The notes: generated from the sequence alone by a model not told the origin. Positions 1-8,116 are shown, counted from the stretch's first letter. The stretch: 32,453 nucleotides of DNA from an uncultured bacterium (GCA_964384245.1 CAYLKW010000003.1:124-32576), one strand, 5' to 3'. A program made the numbers and translations.

Positions 1-131
1 GGGCAGGGCATTCCGTGCCCCCCGGGGCCGCGGCCGTCCTTCCGGCCCTGCGGGAACTATGGTCAGATCTCCCGGTCTCCCATAATCTAGTAGGAGCAGC
101 GGCTGATGCCGCCGCCATCAGGAGGGACGCC

Positions 132-1910
132 TTGAACCCGAACTCCCCGGAGCCACACCTAGCTGCCATCAGCGTCGAGGACGCATTGGACCTTGTTCTG
201 CGGTCCGTTTCCAGGCAGCCCGTCGAGGAGGTGCCGCTCTCCGAGGCAGCAGGGCGGGTGCTGGCCGAGACCATCGCGGCATCCGAAGACCTCTGGCCCT
301 TCCCACGGGCGGCGATGGATGGGGTGGCGGTGCGGGCAGGCGATCTGGCCAGGGCATCCGATGCCGCGCCGGTCTTCCTGGAGGTGGTCGGCGCCATCTT
401 CTCGGGCCAGGTTTGGGCCCTGCCCCTGGAGCCCGACACCGCCGTCAGCATCGCCACAGGAGCGCCGGTGCCACCGGGTGCTGACGCGGTCGTGCCCCAG
501 GAACTGCTCCGCCGCAGCGGCAATCGTGTCGCGATTGCCCAGCCGGTCGAGCCCGGCCGTCATGTCTTCCCGGCAGGCGAAGAGGCCCGTGCCGGCGAGG
601 TCGTTCTGCAGGCCGGGACCATGCTGCGGGGCGGGGATCTGGCCCTGATTGCCGCGATCGGGCGCAGCAGCGTTCCGGTCTTCAGGCGCGCGGCGGTGGG
701 CATCCTGGCCACAGGCGACGAGCTCGTGCCAACCGGGTCGTCCCTGGGTCCCGGGGAGGTGCGTGAGAGCAACTCCTATGCCCTGGCCGCCGAGGTGGCG
801 GCGCTGGGTGCGGCGCCGCTCCGGCTGGGGATAGTGCCCGACGATCTGGCTGCCCTCGAAGAAAGGATCCGCGAGGGGCTGAGGGCCGACGCCCTTGTGG
901 TCTGCGGTGGGGTATCCGTTGGCGAACGCGACCTGGTGCGAGGTGCCCTTGGCCGGCTCGGCGTTGAGATGAAGTTCGCCGGCGTCCGCATGAAGCCGGG
1001 CTCGCCGGTGGCATTTGGGCTGGCTGGCTCGCGGCCGGTGTTTGCGCTCCCTGGCACGCCCGGTGCCGCCCGCATCGCCTTTGAGGTGCTGGTGCGTCCG
1101 GCCCTGTGCGCGATGATGGGTCATCGTGATATCCACCGCCAGGTCGTAACGGCCACGCTGAGCGCCGGGCTGAAGGTGAAGCCAGGACGCCTCCGGTATC
1201 TGTGGGGACGGGCAGCCCACGGTCCCTTCGGCATCGAGGTTACCCCGCTCACCCGGCAGGGGACCTCAACCCTTCGTTCAGCGAGCGAGGCCAACGCGCT
1301 CATCGTCGTCGAGCCAGGCGACCTGGAACTGCCCGCGGGTGCTCGCGTTACTGTCCGTCTCCTGACGCCGGCAGGACTGCACAGCGCCGGCGGCCAACCA
1401 GCGGTCCTGGGTGTGGTCGGCGGTTCAGGGAGCGGCAAGACCACCTTGATCGAGCGGCTGATCCCGGCACTGCTGCGGCGTGGCCTGGCAGTTGCCGTTG
1501 TGAAGCACCACGCTCACATGCGGTCGGTTGACGACGAGGGAACGGACACCTGGCGTGCCGTGCAGGCAGGCGCGATCGAAACCGTGCTGGCAGGTCCTGG
1601 TGGCGCCGTGCACCGGCGGCCGTTCGCGGGCGACCCGCCGCTAACGCAGGTGCTGGCAGGTTTGCGCCACGCGAACCTGGTGCTTGTGGAAGGATACAAC
1701 GGGTCACCCTGGCCCAAGATCCTCGTGATGAGGGAAGGCGTCACGCAAGACCGGCCCAAACCCGCGGGCCCCCTCATCGCGGTAGTGGGCGCCGGGCCTG
1801 CCCGCGGCGGCACGGAGGGGGGCGGTGCGCCCGCGTTCACCTGGCAGGAACTGGACGCGGTTGCCGACCTGATCGTGGACCTGATTGCACGCAAGGTGGT
1901 TGCTACATGA
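132..1910 (+). CDS. moeA: Fused molybdopterin molybdenumtransferase (MoeA) / MobB (MGD-biosynthesis GTP-binding adaptor) protein
   Basis: One uninterrupted ORF (15..1910 in the track). The N-terminal ~430 aa has MoeA hallmarks (ISVEDALDLVL, PFPRAAMDGVAV, ATGAPVPPGADAVV, SVGERD, LPGTPGAA). The C-terminal ~170 aa has the MobB P-loop GGSGSGKTTL and VVKHHAH. I place the start at TTG 132 (AGGAGG at 120-125, 6-nt spacer; codons in 81-96 are AT-ending, atypical for this genome). GTG 15 is the alternative start. Confidence 0.85.
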   Translation: MNPNSPEPHLAAISVEDALDLVLRSVSRQPVEEVPLSEAAGRVLAETIAASEDLWPFPRAAMDGVAVRAGDLARASDAAPVFLEVVGAIFSGQVWALPLEPDTAVSIATGAPVPPGADAVVPQELLRRSGNRVAIAQPVEPGRHVFPAGEEARAGEVVLQAGTMLRGGDLALIAAIGRSSVPVFRRAAVGILATGDELVPTGSSLGPGEVRESNSYALAAEVAALGAAPLRLGIVPDDLAALEERIREGLRADALVVCGGVSVGERDLVRGALGRLGVEMKFAGVRMKPGSPVAFGLAGSRPVFALPGTPGAARIAFEVLVRPALCAMMGHRDIHRQVVTATLSAGLKVKPGRLRYLWGRAAHGPFGIEVTPLTRQGTSTLRSASEANALIVVEPGDLELPAGARVTVRLLTPAGLHSAGGQPAVLGVVGGSGSGKTTLIERLIPALLRRGLAVAVVKHHAHMRSVDDEGTDTWRAVQAGAIETVLAGPGGAVHRRPFAGDPPLTQVLAGLRHANLVLVEGYNGSPWPKILVMREGVTQDRPKPAGPLIAVVGAGPARGGTEGGGAPAFTWQELDAVADLIVDLIARKVVAT

Positions 1911-2518
1911 GCGTGGGCGCCAGCGTCACAGGGGTAGTCCTTGCCGGGGGCGAGAGCAGGCGCATGGGGACCCATAAGGCCTTTGTCGAGATCGAGGGCG
2001 TGCCGATGATCGAGCGGGTGCTCCACGCCCTGAGCGCGTGTTGCTCCGAGGTGTTGATCGTCGCCAAGGAACCATCGGCTTATGAGCATCTGCGCGTTCG
2101 GGTAGTCCCAGACAGGTCTGCCCTCCAGTTGCCCCTGGTAGGCGTCACGAGCGGCCTACAGGCGGCCTCGATGCCCTGGGCGTTCGTGGCGGCGTGCGAC
2201 ATGCCTTACCTCTCTCCAGATGCGGTGCGGCTCCTGGCCGGGTTGGCAGAGGGCCATGACGCGGCCGTTCCCAGGGTGGAGGGTCGCTGGCACCCTTTGC
2301 ACGCCGTCTATGCCACCTCGACGCTGCCCTTGTTCGAGGCGCACCTGGCGGCGGGAGAGCGGCGCATGTGGGCAGCGGTCGAGGCGCTGCGCGTGCGGCA
2401 GGTGACAGCGGCTGAACTGGAGGCCGTTGACCCGGGCCTGCGCACGCTGTGCAACGTCAACACGGCCCAGGAGTGCCGCCGGCAGGGAGGGGCGCGCCCC
2501 GGACGCATTGAAGTGTAG
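1907..2518 (+). CDS. mobA: Molybdenum cofactor guanylyltransferase MobA
   Basis: 203 aa. N-terminal VVLAGGESRRMG nucleotide-binding motif and ACDMPY motif typical of MobA. ATGA overlap with the moeA-mobB stop. Confidence 0.85.
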   Translation: MSVGASVTGVVLAGGESRRMGTHKAFVEIEGVPMIERVLHALSACCSEVLIVAKEPSAYEHLRVRVVPDRSALQLPLVGVTSGLQAASMPWAFVAACDMPYLSPDAVRLLAGLAEGHDAAVPRVEGRWHPLHAVYATSTLPLFEAHLAAGERRMWAAVEALRVRQVTAAELEAVDPGLRTLCNVNTAQECRRQGGARPGRIEV

Positions 2519-2522
2519 TTGC

Positions 2523-3743
2523 GTGAAGGCCGTTGTCTCCAACATCACGATCCCCCGATATCTGGCGGCGCGATCTCTCGGCCGCCTCTGGCGCCCTGCT
2601 TTCTGGGGCAGGCTGAGCCCAATCCGTCTGGCCGAGATCCCTGAGCCCCGCCTGCCCGGAGCCGACTGGGTCAAGGTGCGCGTGCACCTGGCCGGCGTCT
2701 GCGGGAGCGACCTGCACCTGGTGCTCCTGGAAACGAGTCCATATGCCACGGTCTACGCCTCGATGCCGTTCGTCATAGGGCACGAGAACGTCGGCACAGT
2801 GGTGGAGGCCGGTCCTGATGCGGGCGTGGCAGTGGGCAGCCGGGTTGTGGTGGAGCCAGTGCTGGCCTGCGCAGCGCGGGGTTTTGCAGATCCATGCCCG
2901 GCATGCGCGCGGGGCGACCACAACCTTTGCAGCCGGTTCGCCGAGGGATACCTTTCCCCAGGGCTCGGACAGGGCGCCTGCCGCGACACCGGTGGGGCGT
3001 GGGGCGAGGTGATGGTCGCACACCGCTCGCAACTTATCTCCGTTCCTGCCCATGTCTCCGATGAGCAGGCCGTCCTGGTGGAGCCACTGGCGGTGGCGGT
3101 GCACGCCATCCTGAGGTTCGTGCCCCCGGATGCCGCCACGGTGATGGTGGCCGGCGCAGGAGCGATTGGGCTTGCCGCGGTGGCGGCGCTGCGCGCGCTC
3201 CGGCCAGGTGCGCGGGCCGTCGTGCTTGCACGGTATCCGCACCAGGCCGACCTGGCGCGTCGCATGGGGGCTTCGGCGGTCATCGCCCCTGCGGGGCACG
3301 CTCACTACCGGGAGATCGCCTCACTCACGGGTTCCGGTTTGCTGAAGCCCATGCTGGGGCCGCCGGTGCTCACCAGCGGCGTGGATGCCACGTTGGAGTG
3401 CGTGGGAACCGGGCGCAGCATAGCCGACGCGCTTCGCCTGACGCGCGCAGGCGGTGCGGTGGTGCTGTTGGGTCTGGCAGCGCTTCCAAGGGGCGTGGAC
3501 TGGACTCCGATCTGGCTGCGCGAGATCGCGGTTCATGGCGGCTTTGCCTACGCGCGCGAACAGGTGGATGGTCGAACGGTCCGGTCCATGGACCTGGCCA
3601 TGGACCTGTTGGCGACCGGCGGCGTGGACCTGCGGTCCCTGATCACGCACCGGTTTCCCCTGACGGAGTTCCATCGCGCGATCGAGGTGGCTCTCGACAA
3701 GCGGCGGCACCGCGCCGTCAAGATACTCCTGGCGCCTTCATAG
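2523..3743 (+). CDS. Zinc-dependent alcohol/polyol dehydrogenase family (MDR) oxidoreductase
   Basis: GVCGSDLH and GHENVG catalytic-zinc motifs, structural-zinc Cys cluster CPACARGDHNLC, Rossmann VAGAGAIGLAAV. Start set at GTG 2523 (VKAVV...) just after the mobA stop; the track ORF start 2427 would overlap mobA. Substrate not assignable. Confidence 0.8.
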   Translation: MKAVVSNITIPRYLAARSLGRLWRPAFWGRLSPIRLAEIPEPRLPGADWVKVRVHLAGVCGSDLHLVLLETSPYATVYASMPFVIGHENVGTVVEAGPDAGVAVGSRVVVEPVLACAARGFADPCPACARGDHNLCSRFAEGYLSPGLGQGACRDTGGAWGEVMVAHRSQLISVPAHVSDEQAVLVEPLAVAVHAILRFVPPDAATVMVAGAGAIGLAAVAALRALRPGARAVVLARYPHQADLARRMGASAVIAPAGHAHYREIASLTGSGLLKPMLGPPVLTSGVDATLECVGTGRSIADALRLTRAGGAVVLLGLAALPRGVDWTPIWLREIAVHGGFAYAREQVDGRTVRSMDLAMDLLATGGVDLRSLITHRFPLTEFHRAIEVALDKRRHRAVKILLAPS

Positions 3744-3771
3744 GCGGGCAGATGCGTCTCTTCCCTACGTT

Positions 3772-3780
3772 TGGTAGAAT
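3772..3780 (+). promoter_or_regulatory. Candidate extended -10 promoter element (TGgTAGAAT) upstream of usp
   Basis: AT-rich TGnTAnAAT-like motif in a 70-nt spacer of an otherwise GC-rich sequence. GGAGG at 3802-3806 and ATG 3814 follow. No good -35. Confidence 0.3.
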
Positions 3781-3813
3781 ACGGCCACGCGCGCACGTTC
3801 CGGAGGTGTAAGC

Positions 3814-4269
3814 ATGCCACCGCGCATCAGCACCATCCTGGTACCGGTTGACTTCTCCACGGGGTCCGCGGCAGCGGTCGAGTGGGCTCAGGCCATTGCC
3901 GGCGCGTTCAGCGCGAAGATCGTCCTGCTCAGCGTGATTGACGTGTCGGTGAGCGCTATCATGGGCGGTCCCGGCGGCGTCATGGTTCCTCCGCCCCCGG
4001 AATCGCTGCTGGACCAGATGCGTGAAGAGGCGCGCACGGAGATGGCGGCGGTGGCCGCGCGTGTTCCGGGTGCGACTCCCCTGATCAAGGAAGGCACGCC
4101 GCGGCACGAGATCCTCGCGGTCGCCGCGGAAGTGGGGGCCGACCTGATCGTCATGGGCACGCACGGACGCACCGGACTTGCGCACCTGCTCTTCGGGAGC
4201 GTGGCGGAACACGTGGTCCGGCACGCCGAAGTTCCTGTCTTCACGGTTAGGGGGGCCAAGGAATCATGA
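3814..4269 (+). CDS. Universal stress protein (UspA family)
   Basis: 151 aa. ILVPVDFS start and C-terminal ATP-binding motif GTHGRTGLAHLLFGSVAEHVVRHAEVPV. Confidence 0.9.
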   Translation: MPPRISTILVPVDFSTGSAAAVEWAQAIAGAFSAKIVLLSVIDVSVSAIMGGPGGVMVPPPPESLLDQMREEARTEMAAVAARVPGATPLIKEGTPRHEILAVAAEVGADLIVMGTHGRTGLAHLLFGSVAEHVVRHAEVPVFTVRGAKES

Positions 4270-4922
4270 GATCTGGGCGCCGTTCCGGGCGAGGTCTATG
4301 GATCGCGATCGCCGCCGTTTCCGTCCTAGGTGCCATCGGTGTGGCGGTTCTCCACTGGAAGACCGCGGCGCCTCCAGCGGCCGCACCCCCCCTGCCCGTG
4401 CCGGAAGTATCCACTGGGACGGCGCGCGGGCGCCCTGACGCGCCGTTGACGCTCGAGGTGTTCTCGGACTTCCGGTGCAAGTACTGCGGCGTCCTCGCAG
4501 AGTCAATCGAGCCGCTCATCGTCTCCGAGTACGTCGACACCGGAATCGTCCGGATCGTGTACAGGCAGTTCCCGGTGGGAGGTCCGCTCTCAGAGCAGGC
4601 AGCCGAGGCCAGCCTGTGCGCAGCCGATCAGGGTAAGTTCTGGGCTTACCACGGCGCGTTGTTTGCGCGCCTGCCCAGGGGTGAACTGCGCGGGGCTGGC
4701 GATCTCGATGCCGCCGCGCGCGAGATCGGTCTCGACCAGGCGGCGTTTTCCCGCTGCCTCCGCAGCGGCCAGATGCGCGCCCGCGTGGACGCCGACCGGA
4801 ACGAGGGGCTGAGGCGTGGAGTACAGGGCACCCCGACCAGTTTCGTGGGCGGCCGCGCGATCGTGGGCGCTCAACCCATTGAGGTGTTCCGTGCCGCCAT
4901 CGAAGCCGCGCGCCCGCGCTAA
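4266..4922 (+). CDS. Membrane-anchored DsbA-family thiol:disulfide oxidoreductase (thioredoxin fold)
   Basis: N-terminal TM anchor (LWIAIAAVSVLGAIGVAVL), CxxC active site in FSDFRCKYCG, DsbA-like C-terminal GTPTSFVGG. ATGA overlap with usp. Confidence 0.8.
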   Translation: MRSGRRSGRGLWIAIAAVSVLGAIGVAVLHWKTAAPPAAAPPLPVPEVSTGTARGRPDAPLTLEVFSDFRCKYCGVLAESIEPLIVSEYVDTGIVRIVYRQFPVGGPLSEQAAEASLCAADQGKFWAYHGALFARLPRGELRGAGDLDAAAREIGLDQAAFSRCLRSGQMRARVDADRNEGLRRGVQGTPTSFVGGRAIVGAQPIEVFRAAIEAARPR

Positions 4923-5385
4923 CGCCGCCCGCGCCAACGCCGCCCGCGGACCTGTCGCCAGCACACAGGGCCGCGCCTGGCAGGCTGCCGCATTGGTCGC
5001 GGTGGCCGGAGTAGCGGTCTCGGGATACCTGCTCATCAGCTCGGTGCGGAACATCGCGCCCGTGTGCCTCGTAGGCGCGTGCGCAGAGGTCGCTGCAAGT
5101 CCCTATGCTCGGCTTCTCGGAATCCCGAACGCTGCCCTGGGATTACTGCTGTACGTGGTGGTCGCCTTCGTAGCGATTGTGGGCGCGACCCGCGCATCGG
5201 TCCGGCCCTGGGCGTCCCCTGCTCTTTTCGGCCTCGCGGTGTTCGGGGCGACCTTCTCGGTCTACCTTACCTGGCTGCAGGTGGCCGTGCTCCAGGCGGT
5301 CTGCGCGTCGTGCGCGCTGAGCGCGGTGCTGTGGGTGGTGCTTCTAGTGCTCTCCGTCGTGATCGGACGCCAGAGACCCCAGTAA
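4891..5385 (+). CDS. Vitamin K epoxide reductase (VKOR) family membrane protein
   Basis: Four hydrophobic segments, loop cysteines in PVCLVGACAEV and a CxxC in a TM helix (AVCASCAL), as in bacterial VKOR/DsbB substitutes. Start uncertain: GTG 4891 has GAGGTG 4 nt upstream; GTG 4816 and TTG 4993 are alternatives. Confidence 0.7.
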   Translation: MPPSKPRARANAARANAARGPVASTQGRAWQAAALVAVAGVAVSGYLLISSVRNIAPVCLVGACAEVAASPYARLLGIPNAALGLLLYVVVAFVAIVGATRASVRPWASPALFGLAVFGATFSVYLTWLQVAVLQAVCASCALSAVLWVVLLVLSVVIGRQRPQ

Positions 5386-5476
5386 TATCCGTCCAGAACC
5401 CTATTGTGCCGCCGAGTGGCTTCAATACGATGGAGCCAGCCGCAAGGATGCGGTTGAAACAGCGGGGTCTTGTGCC

Positions 5477-6187
5477 ATGCTTGTTCGCGACCGGATGAGC
5501 GCTCCAGCGATCACGGCCGAGACCAGGACTTCACTCGCGGAAGCTCTGGGTGTGATGCGCCGGCTAGGAATTCGCCGGCTTCCGGTGCTGCAGCGAGGCC
5601 GGCTCGTGGGGATCGTTACCTGGACCGACCTGATGCGCGCGCAGCCCTCCCTCGTTGCAGGGGTGGACGCCGAGGCGGCCTCTGCCTTCCTGGAACGGAC
5701 CGCGGTACGCGAGATCATGAGTCCAGACCCACTGACGATCGGGCCCGATGCGCCCATAGAGGCCGCCGCGGTGATCATGCGGCGCGAGAAGATCGGCGGG
5801 TTGCCGGTCGTCGAGAAGCGGTCGCTGCTGGGCGTAATCACCGAGAGCGACATTTTCGAGGCGTTCATTGACCTGACCGGCTTGCGCCAGGGGGGCGCGC
5901 GATTGGTGGTGGATCTTTCGGACCGCGCCAATGCCATCGCCGGGCTCGCTGCCATCGCCGACGGGGTAGGCGTTCCTCTCGACTCGCTGGCCACCTATCA
6001 GCAGTGCGATCGCAGGCTGGCCGTCCTGCGCGTGGCCGTGCCCTACCCCCTGCATCTCGTCGAAGCGCTCAGCGAAGGCGGGTTCCCAGTACTCCACCTT
6101 GCTGCTCCACCTTCGGGATCGGATGCGACCAGGGGGAGGAGGCGATACTCAACCTACTCCCGTGCCTGGGAGCCCGCGGCGCGTTAA
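5477..6187 (+). CDS. CBS-CBS-ACT domain protein (AcuB-like), paralogue 1
   Basis: Two CBS repeats (RRLPVLQRGRLVGIVTWTDL; KIGGLPVVEKRSLLGVITESDIFEAF) followed by an ACT-like C-terminal region. Clear paralogue of 17564..18211. Confidence 0.8.
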   Translation: MLVRDRMSAPAITAETRTSLAEALGVMRRLGIRRLPVLQRGRLVGIVTWTDLMRAQPSLVAGVDAEAASAFLERTAVREIMSPDPLTIGPDAPIEAAAVIMRREKIGGLPVVEKRSLLGVITESDIFEAFIDLTGLRQGGARLVVDLSDRANAIAGLAAIADGVGVPLDSLATYQQCDRRLAVLRVAVPYPLHLVEALSEGGFPVLHLAAPPSGSDATRGRRRYSTYSRAWEPAAR

Positions 6188-6198
6188 GGGCAATCCTG

Positions 6199-6235
6199 GC
6201 GACGGTGGTGGTGCAGACACTCCTCACCCCCCGTC
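6199..6235 (+). terminator. Possible stem-loop after the CBS gene (CGACGG...CCGTCG)
   Basis: 6-bp outer stem (6199-6204 / 6230-6235) with a possible inner GGTG/CACC pairing, 12 nt after the stop. No U-tract, so weak as an intrinsic terminator. Confidence 0.2.
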
Positions 6236-6281
6236 GGACAACCGATGCGGAGACTGTGCCGCCACCCCGCCAGGAGTTCTG

Positions 6282-6290
6282 TGCTATACT
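6282..6290 (+). promoter_or_regulatory. Candidate extended -10 promoter element (TGcTATACT) upstream of hypC
   Basis: TGnTATACT in the 117-nt spacer, only 14 nt before the hypC ATG (6305). Implies a very short leader. Confidence 0.3.
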
Positions 6291-6304
6291 TCACCCTCGG
6301 AGCC

Positions 6305-6541
6305 ATGTGTCTGGCATTGCCGCACCGCATCACCCGGATTCTCGATTCCGGACGGGCCCTGGCAGAGGGCCCTGACGGGGAACGCACGATCACGACCCAC
6401 CTGGTTGGCGAACTTGCCCCTGGAGCGTACGTCATCGTAGTCTACGGAGCCGCGATCCGCGAGGTCGCCCCAGACGAGGCAGCCGAGATCCTCAAGCTCG
6501 TGGCCGAACTTGCTGGGGAGAATCCGCCCCCAACGCAATGA
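6305..6541 (+). CDS. hypC: [NiFe]-hydrogenase maturation chaperone HypC/HupF family
   Basis: Begins MCLALP (the essential N-terminal Cys after Met), 78 aa, OB-fold pattern with GAYVIVVYGAAIREVAPDEA near the C-terminus. The track ORF start 6245 is an upstream extension. Confidence 0.85.
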   Translation: MCLALPHRITRILDSGRALAEGPDGERTITTHLVGELAPGAYVIVVYGAAIREVAPDEAAEILKLVAELAGENPPPTQ

Positions 6542-8097
6542 TCCGCCCCCAACCCTTGAACTCCGCGTGGGCACTTCGTCTCCTGGCAGCGTTCGCCGTG
6601 GCGCTGCTACTTCTGCTTGCCGCCGTGGGTGGTGCAGGGGCGCTGCCTGCCGGTCCGCTGCGGTTGGTGTGGTGGACGGACGTGGGGTTTCCAACGCCGT
6701 TTGCGGTTTCCACATTGGGGCCCGGCGGGGTGGTGCGCCTCTCGCTCCTCTACGACACCCTGGTGTGGAAGGATCATACCGGTGTGATTCCCTGGTTGGC
6801 AGAGTCCTGGCGGGTTTCCGCCGACGGCAGGCGGTGGACGTTCGCTCTGCGCAAGGACGCTGTCTGGCACGACGGCCGGCCGCTCGTGGCCCGCGACGTA
6901 CAGTTCTCATTTGAGTACTACCGCACCCATCCCTTTGTCTGGGTTGACACATCCATCGTTGCAGAGGTCAGGGCGGACGGCCCGCACGCGGTGACCTTCG
7001 TGCTCCGCGAACCCTTCGCTCCTTTCCTCGAGGACGTCGCCGGGATCGTTCCCATCGTTCCGGCCCACCTCTGGGAAGGGGTAAGCGAGCCGCGGAAGGC
7101 GCAGGGTCCAGGCATGACCACCGGATCAGGGCCGTATCGGCTGGCAGAGTACCGGCCGGGGGTCGGGGAGTACCGGCTTGAGGCAAACCGACGGTACTTC
7201 CGGGGCCGGCCCAGGTTCGAGGAGGTTCAGTACACGGTCGTTCCCGCGGAACGGCAGTTGCTCGCGGTTCAGAGCGGCCAGTCCGACGCGGCGATGGCCG
7301 ATACCCACGATGTGGTGCGCGCGTTTTCCGGCCACCCGTACTTGCGGACCTGGCAGAGCGAGCCCCTCTCGATCGCGCGGCTGCTGTTCAACCTGGAACG
7401 GTCGCCCTTTGATCAGAAGGCGGTGCGCCAGGCGGTGGCCTACGGGATCAACCGCACGCAGCTGGCAACGCTGGTCACGCGTGGGCCCGGCGTTCCGGGA
7501 AGCCCTGGCATCGTTCCGCCCACGGACCGCTGGCACAACCCGCGCGTTCAGGCCTATCCCTACGACCCCAGCAGGGCCAGGAGCCTGGTCGCGCAGGCAG
7601 GCCTGACCTCCCTCTCGTTTGAGCTCCTGGCCAGTCCATCGCCGGTGGTGCCGGTCGTGCAGGAGATGTTGCGGCGCGCCGGGATCGAGGTGGCGGTGCG
7701 CACCGTGGACGCCCGGACGCGGGCCGCCCTGGTTGCCGAGGGCAAGTACCAGGCGGCGCTGACGTTTCACATAGGGGCCGGAGGGGACCCTGACTACCTG
7801 CGGCGGTGGCTCGGTGGCGGAGAGGCGAACCTGTTCGGGCAGTCTGCGGAGTTCGCCCATCCCGAGTTCCGGCGTCTGGCCGCAGGGCAGGCCCGGACTC
7901 TGGATCCAGCCGCCCGCCGCGCGAGCGTCTACCGGATGCAGGAGATCCTCGCAGACGAACTTCCTACCCTGGCGCTCTACTACCGGCGGTTCTACTGGGT
8001 CTACGACAGCCGCAAGTTCGCCCCCATAGCCACGGCCGGGGGCCTGATGAACGGGATCCCTCTGATCGAGAACAAGCTCGCGTTCCTGGGGCGGTAG
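6538..8097 (+). CDS. ABC transporter substrate-binding protein, family 5 (Nik/Opp/Dpp type)
   Basis: 519 aa. N-terminal signal/anchor (LRLLAAFAVALLLLLAAV) and family-5 SBP motifs (LVWKDHTGVIPWLAESW, WHDGRPLVARDVQFSF). ATGA overlap with the hypC stop. Nickel is suspected only from context. Confidence 0.85.
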   Translation: MIRPQPLNSAWALRLLAAFAVALLLLLAAVGGAGALPAGPLRLVWWTDVGFPTPFAVSTLGPGGVVRLSLLYDTLVWKDHTGVIPWLAESWRVSADGRRWTFALRKDAVWHDGRPLVARDVQFSFEYYRTHPFVWVDTSIVAEVRADGPHAVTFVLREPFAPFLEDVAGIVPIVPAHLWEGVSEPRKAQGPGMTTGSGPYRLAEYRPGVGEYRLEANRRYFRGRPRFEEVQYTVVPAERQLLAVQSGQSDAAMADTHDVVRAFSGHPYLRTWQSEPLSIARLLFNLERSPFDQKAVRQAVAYGINRTQLATLVTRGPGVPGSPGIVPPTDRWHNPRVQAYPYDPSRARSLVAQAGLTSLSFELLASPSPVVPVVQEMLRRAGIEVAVRTVDARTRAALVAEGKYQAALTFHIGAGGDPDYLRRWLGGGEANLFGQSAEFAHPEFRRLAAGQARTLDPAARRASVYRMQEILADELPTLALYYRRFYWVYDSRKFAPIATAGGLMNGIPLIENKLAFLGR

Positions 8098-8116
8098 CCA
8101 GGGGTAGGGTACAACT

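Noticed and set aside
1-131. Moco riboswitch upstream of moeA
   Set aside because: The position is plausible, but I could not recognise the conserved Moco-motif core by eye. The element would also be truncated by the window edge, and the region may be coding if GTG 15 is the start. Needs an Rfam covariance-model scan on extended sequence.
4921-4948. Tandem 15-bp duplication AACGCCGCCCGCG(cc)/AACGCCGCCCGCG(ga) just after the dsbA stop, encoding ANAAR-ANAAR in the VKOR frame
   Set aside because: Only two copies with no spacer structure. Most simply a slippage duplication in a low-complexity N-terminal tail, not a repeat element or CRISPR-like array.
6004-6440. Track ORFs 6004..6375 and 6099..6440 spanning the spacer upstream of hypC
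   Set aside because: They overlap the 3' end of the CBS gene and the hypC gene in other frames, have no SD, and translate to Arg/Pro-rich sequence. The hypC assignment (MCLALP) explains the region.
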